IMG/VR virus record: IMGVR_UViG_3300013233_000093
Span: 124,001-188,000 of that record
Length of the DNA stretch: 64,000 nt
Reading direction: 5' to 3' (one strand)
Shown: piece by piece, positions 61,386-64,000 of the stretch
How the letters are laid out: each line of letters starts with the position of its first letter
How positions within the stretch are numbered: the first letter of the stretch is position 1
Translations under genes and position numbers: made by a program
Notes under the pieces: model-generated
Database searches by the model: none
Seen by the model: the letters and a program-made list of their open reading frames with translations, nothing else
What the model was told of the DNA's origin: nothing

Positions 61386-63119
61386 TTAACCCAGCACGTG
61401 TACTAAGCCGGTGTTCAAACCAGCCGCGTCGTTCCCTGTGCTACCGGCCAACCCACGAATGCCAGACAAGTCAACAGACACGTCGTGTCCGAAACTGTCC
61501 CCGCTCAGTGAACTGGCTGATACGATAGACGCAGTGTTGCCCCAGACAGAAGCTGTATTTAGATACACTAAAACCATGCCTGTTTCAACGGCTGCGTTAT
61601 CTTGAAACGGAGCGCCAACAAGTAACGTCAAACCGTCACCTGATAGTGCCACCGAGGTCCCAAAGTTTGCACCCAGCTCAACGGTGGGCGCTTCTATCTT
61701 TGTAACTGCAGTCCATACGGACGTTGTGTTACTGTAAATGTACACACCACCGGCACCGGCCAGTGTAGCGTCATCTGCATTAGCGCCAATGGCACACGTA
61801 AGCCCGTCGTTTGAGATGGACACCGCAAAGCCAAAGTGATCGTTAGCGGTTACGCTTAGATCTGTCAATTCAGACGTAAGGCTCCATGCACCAGCAGCCA
61901 GTGTGTATACTTCCGCTTTACCTGCACCTACTCCTGCAGTAGAGTCATAGGGAGACCCCACTACCAGATTGTTGGCGAGGCCGTCGACGTCGACTGCGTG
62001 ACCAAAGTACCCGTCAGCGATAGCCACTGGCGGTGCAATACCTGCGGTCTGTGTCCACACACCTAAGGCGTCTTTCGTGAACACGTACACATAGCCCGCC
62101 GTCGTGACCGGGATCACGCCCACTGTTTTAGTAGGTGATCCAATTACCACGCAGTTACCTGCGGTGTTTACACTCACACTGTAGCCGAACCATCCGATGT
62201 CTGTGTGATCCAATGGCACCAGTGATGTATCCAGTGTCCAGACACTGCCTGTGCGTTTATACACATGTACCGCACCAGCACCGACTACGTTATTGACATT
62301 ACTGTTACCATACGCACCCACGGTTAAAACATCGCCCGTTTCGTTAAGAGACACGTCACAACCAAAGTATGCGCTGGCTTGTCCAAGCGGATGCATGAGT
62401 TTTTCTTTCTCTACCCAAATACCTGCGACTTGTTCATAAAGAAACACGGCGCCTGAGTCTAGTCCGAGTGTGTCGTCCAGATACATACCTACAGCTGCGT
62501 ACACGCCGTTTCCAGAGATAGCAGTGGCATTGCCATACTGACCGCCTAAAGACGGCGTAGAGGGCACCAGCGTCCCTACAGTGCCTGTGATGTCCAACGC
62601 TTCCACGGTGAACGACGTCACAGGACCAAACTCAGAGACCACGCCGTTACTGCCTTCGTAACTTACACGAGCAAAGTATTGAGTGGTGGCGTTTAGTGTA
62701 ACGCCCAGCGCACCCAAATCCACTGTGTTACTGGTACTCACGGTTCTACCACTGTCGTACACTACGTTGGTAAATGTAACGTCTAACGCAAGCACCAGGC
62801 GATAAGCCACTTGGGTGTCTGAGTTATAGTTTACATCCACGCCCGTAAAGGAAGACAGTGTGATGATTGGAGAGGGCACTACGTTTAACGCACCGTTAAC
62901 TGGCACCGTTACCTTGGGAGGCGCCACGCCTGTTAAGATAGACGAGGTAATCGCCTGACCACCGGGTGTACTGCCGTCGTGAATGTGAATCACGGGCGCC
63001 GCTGTATCGGTATAATCAATCACCATTTCATTTAGAGGACCTGTGTAGGCGCCGTTAGCGCCTGCCGTAAACGTGCGTTTCCACAGCCACGGCTCGGTCA
63101 TTTGTTTTTCGCCAGCCAT
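61386..63119 (-). CDS. Tail adhesin: Mtd_N-like domain + FN3-like domain + FG-GAP propeller
   Basis: YTG...E..ID.....IHIHDGSTPGG N-terminus; repeated FG.SV.LS.DG..L.VGA...GAVYVY blades. Confidence 0.85.
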   Translation of the reverse strand: MAGEKQMTEPWLWKRTFTAGANGAYTGPLNEMVIDYTDTAAPVIHIHDGSTPGGQAITSSILTGVAPPKVTVPVNGALNVVPSPIITLSSFTGVDVNYNSDTQVAYRLVLALDVTFTNVVYDSGRTVSTSNTVDLGALGVTLNATTQYFARVSYEGSNGVVSEFGPVTSFTVEALDITGTVGTLVPSTPSLGGQYGNATAISGNGVYAAVGMYLDDTLGLDSGAVFLYEQVAGIWVEKEKLMHPLGQASAYFGCDVSLNETGDVLTVGAYGNSNVNNVVGAGAVHVYKRTGSVWTLDTSLVPLDHTDIGWFGYSVSVNTAGNCVVIGSPTKTVGVIPVTTAGYVYVFTKDALGVWTQTAGIAPPVAIADGYFGHAVDVDGLANNLVVGSPYDSTAGVGAGKAEVYTLAAGAWSLTSELTDLSVTANDHFGFAVSISNDGLTCAIGANADDATLAGAGGVYIYSNTTSVWTAVTKIEAPTVELGANFGTSVALSGDGLTLLVGAPFQDNAAVETGMVLVYLNTASVWGNTASIVSASSLSGDSFGHDVSVDLSGIRGLAGSTGNDAAGLNTGLVHVLG

Positions 63120-63128
63120 TAACCTCTC

Positions 63129-64000
63129 CTAAGCGTATGTGTATACCGCACCGGCTTCGTTACCGTTAGTGCCTTCACCGAAAGCACCCACTGCACCGAC
63201 AGAACCGTCTGCTGATAATGATGTTGAAATACCCACGTAATCGTAGGACGTTGCGTTACTTGCGGAAACAGAGGTGCCAGCTTGCACCCACGTGCCTGTG
63301 GCTTTAGAGAAAATACTAAAGTCACCTGCGTACACGTTAGCCCCATACGCACCTGCAATGATTAACAGCCCGTCACCTGAGATGGCAACCGAACGACCAA
63401 ACGCATCGCTTGCAGATAACCCGGAAGGCACCAGTCGTGTACCACTGTCCCATGCACCGTTAACGGTATCGTAAGTGAATACGTATATCGCGCCTGCAGA
63501 AGTCGCAGTGGCATCTTCACCGTACGCACCGATTACAACAGTATTACCGTCAGTAGACGAATCCACCGAGTAACCAAAGTATCCGTAAAGCTCGGGAGTG
63601 GGTGGGTAGAGTACATCGTCTTCGTTATAACCACCACCGCCATCGGGTGAGAATACGAACACGGCACCTGCGTCGGTTTGACCTGCATCGTCGGACAAAT
63701 AAGCGCCCACGAACAAGCGTGACGCATCCCCCGCCATAGACACAGACGTCCCAAAGCGATCGCCGGTAGTGGTGTTATTAGCCAACACTTCGTTTTCTTT
63801 GCCGTCTGTAAAATCGCGGTTATCGGGATCCCACGTATAAACAGCACCGCTGGAGTTACCATTAGCTGGATTAAGGTCGGAACCTGCTGCTAACCATAAA
63901 CCGTCATCAGAGATGGATACTGAAATGCCTAACTGGTCATCTTGATTACCCGTAGCCAGCATTTTTACATCTTCACTCCAGTTGTTCCCGCCGCCGCCGT
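63129..64000 (-). CDS. FG-GAP repeat propeller protein (5' end outside the window)
   Basis: FGTSVSMAGD, FGYSVDSSTDG, FGRSVAISGDG repeats; frame is open to the window edge. Confidence 0.9.
   Translation of the reverse strand, partial: GGGGNNWSEDVKMLATGNQDDQLGISVSISDDGLWLAAGSDLNPANGNSSGAVYTWDPDNRDFTDGKENEVLANNTTTGDRFGTSVSMAGDASRLFVGAYLSDDAGQTDAGAVFVFSPDGGGGYNEDDVLYPPTPELYGYFGYSVDSSTDGNTVVIGAYGEDATATSAGAIYVFTYDTVNGAWDSGTRLVPSGLSASDAFGRSVAISGDGLLIIAGAYGANVYAGDFSIFSKATGTWVQAGTSVSASNATSYDYVGISTSLSADGSVGAVGAFGEGTNGNEAGAVYTYA

Noticed and set aside
61200-63119. Diversity-generating retroelement targeting the Mtd_N-like gene
   Set aside because: No reverse transcriptase or template/variable repeat pair seen in the window; the C-terminus is an ordinary FG-GAP blade
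1-64000. Stop-codon recoding, tRNA genes, introns/inteins, integrase or transposase
   Set aside because: Genes tile densely under the standard code with all three stops used; LigA and the RNAP subunit show no insertions; no tRNA or mobile-element signature was seen by eye (not an exhaustive scan)

Overview
This window is part of a phiKZ-like jumbo phage genome. The left 13 kb holds a conserved core block: the C-terminus of the major capsid protein, a non-virion RNA polymerase beta-N subunit, RuvC, two virion proteins and the portal. The right end holds a tail block: a baseplate spike, a DUF1353 protein and two FG-GAP adhesins. Between them lie about 45 kb of accessory genes, almost all on the + strand. 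These include an NAD-dependent ligase, an NAD salvage pair (NMNAT-Nudix plus Nampt), two dimeric dUTPase homologues, thymidylate kinase, many XRE-HTH proteins, two arrays of divergent beta-propeller proteins and an array of small 4-TM proteins. Two regulatory patterns are visible in the DNA: (1) a repeated early-promoter cassette, TATTCAAAACTATATCACTATTATGA, followed by a covarying hairpin, and (2) a class of gene-end hairpins followed by TATGCYGT, often without a U-tract. The strongest candidates for new biology are a 60-aa exported protein with a magnetochrome-like PH-x7-CxxCH motif that heads a six-gene His-rich 4-TM membrane operon, a catalytically dead PtuA-like ABC ATPase that may act as a defence decoy, tail-anchored partial propellers, and a highly structured 185-nt element downstream of a tail adhesin gene. 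All family calls come from motif recognition by eye and recalled gene order; no database searches were run.
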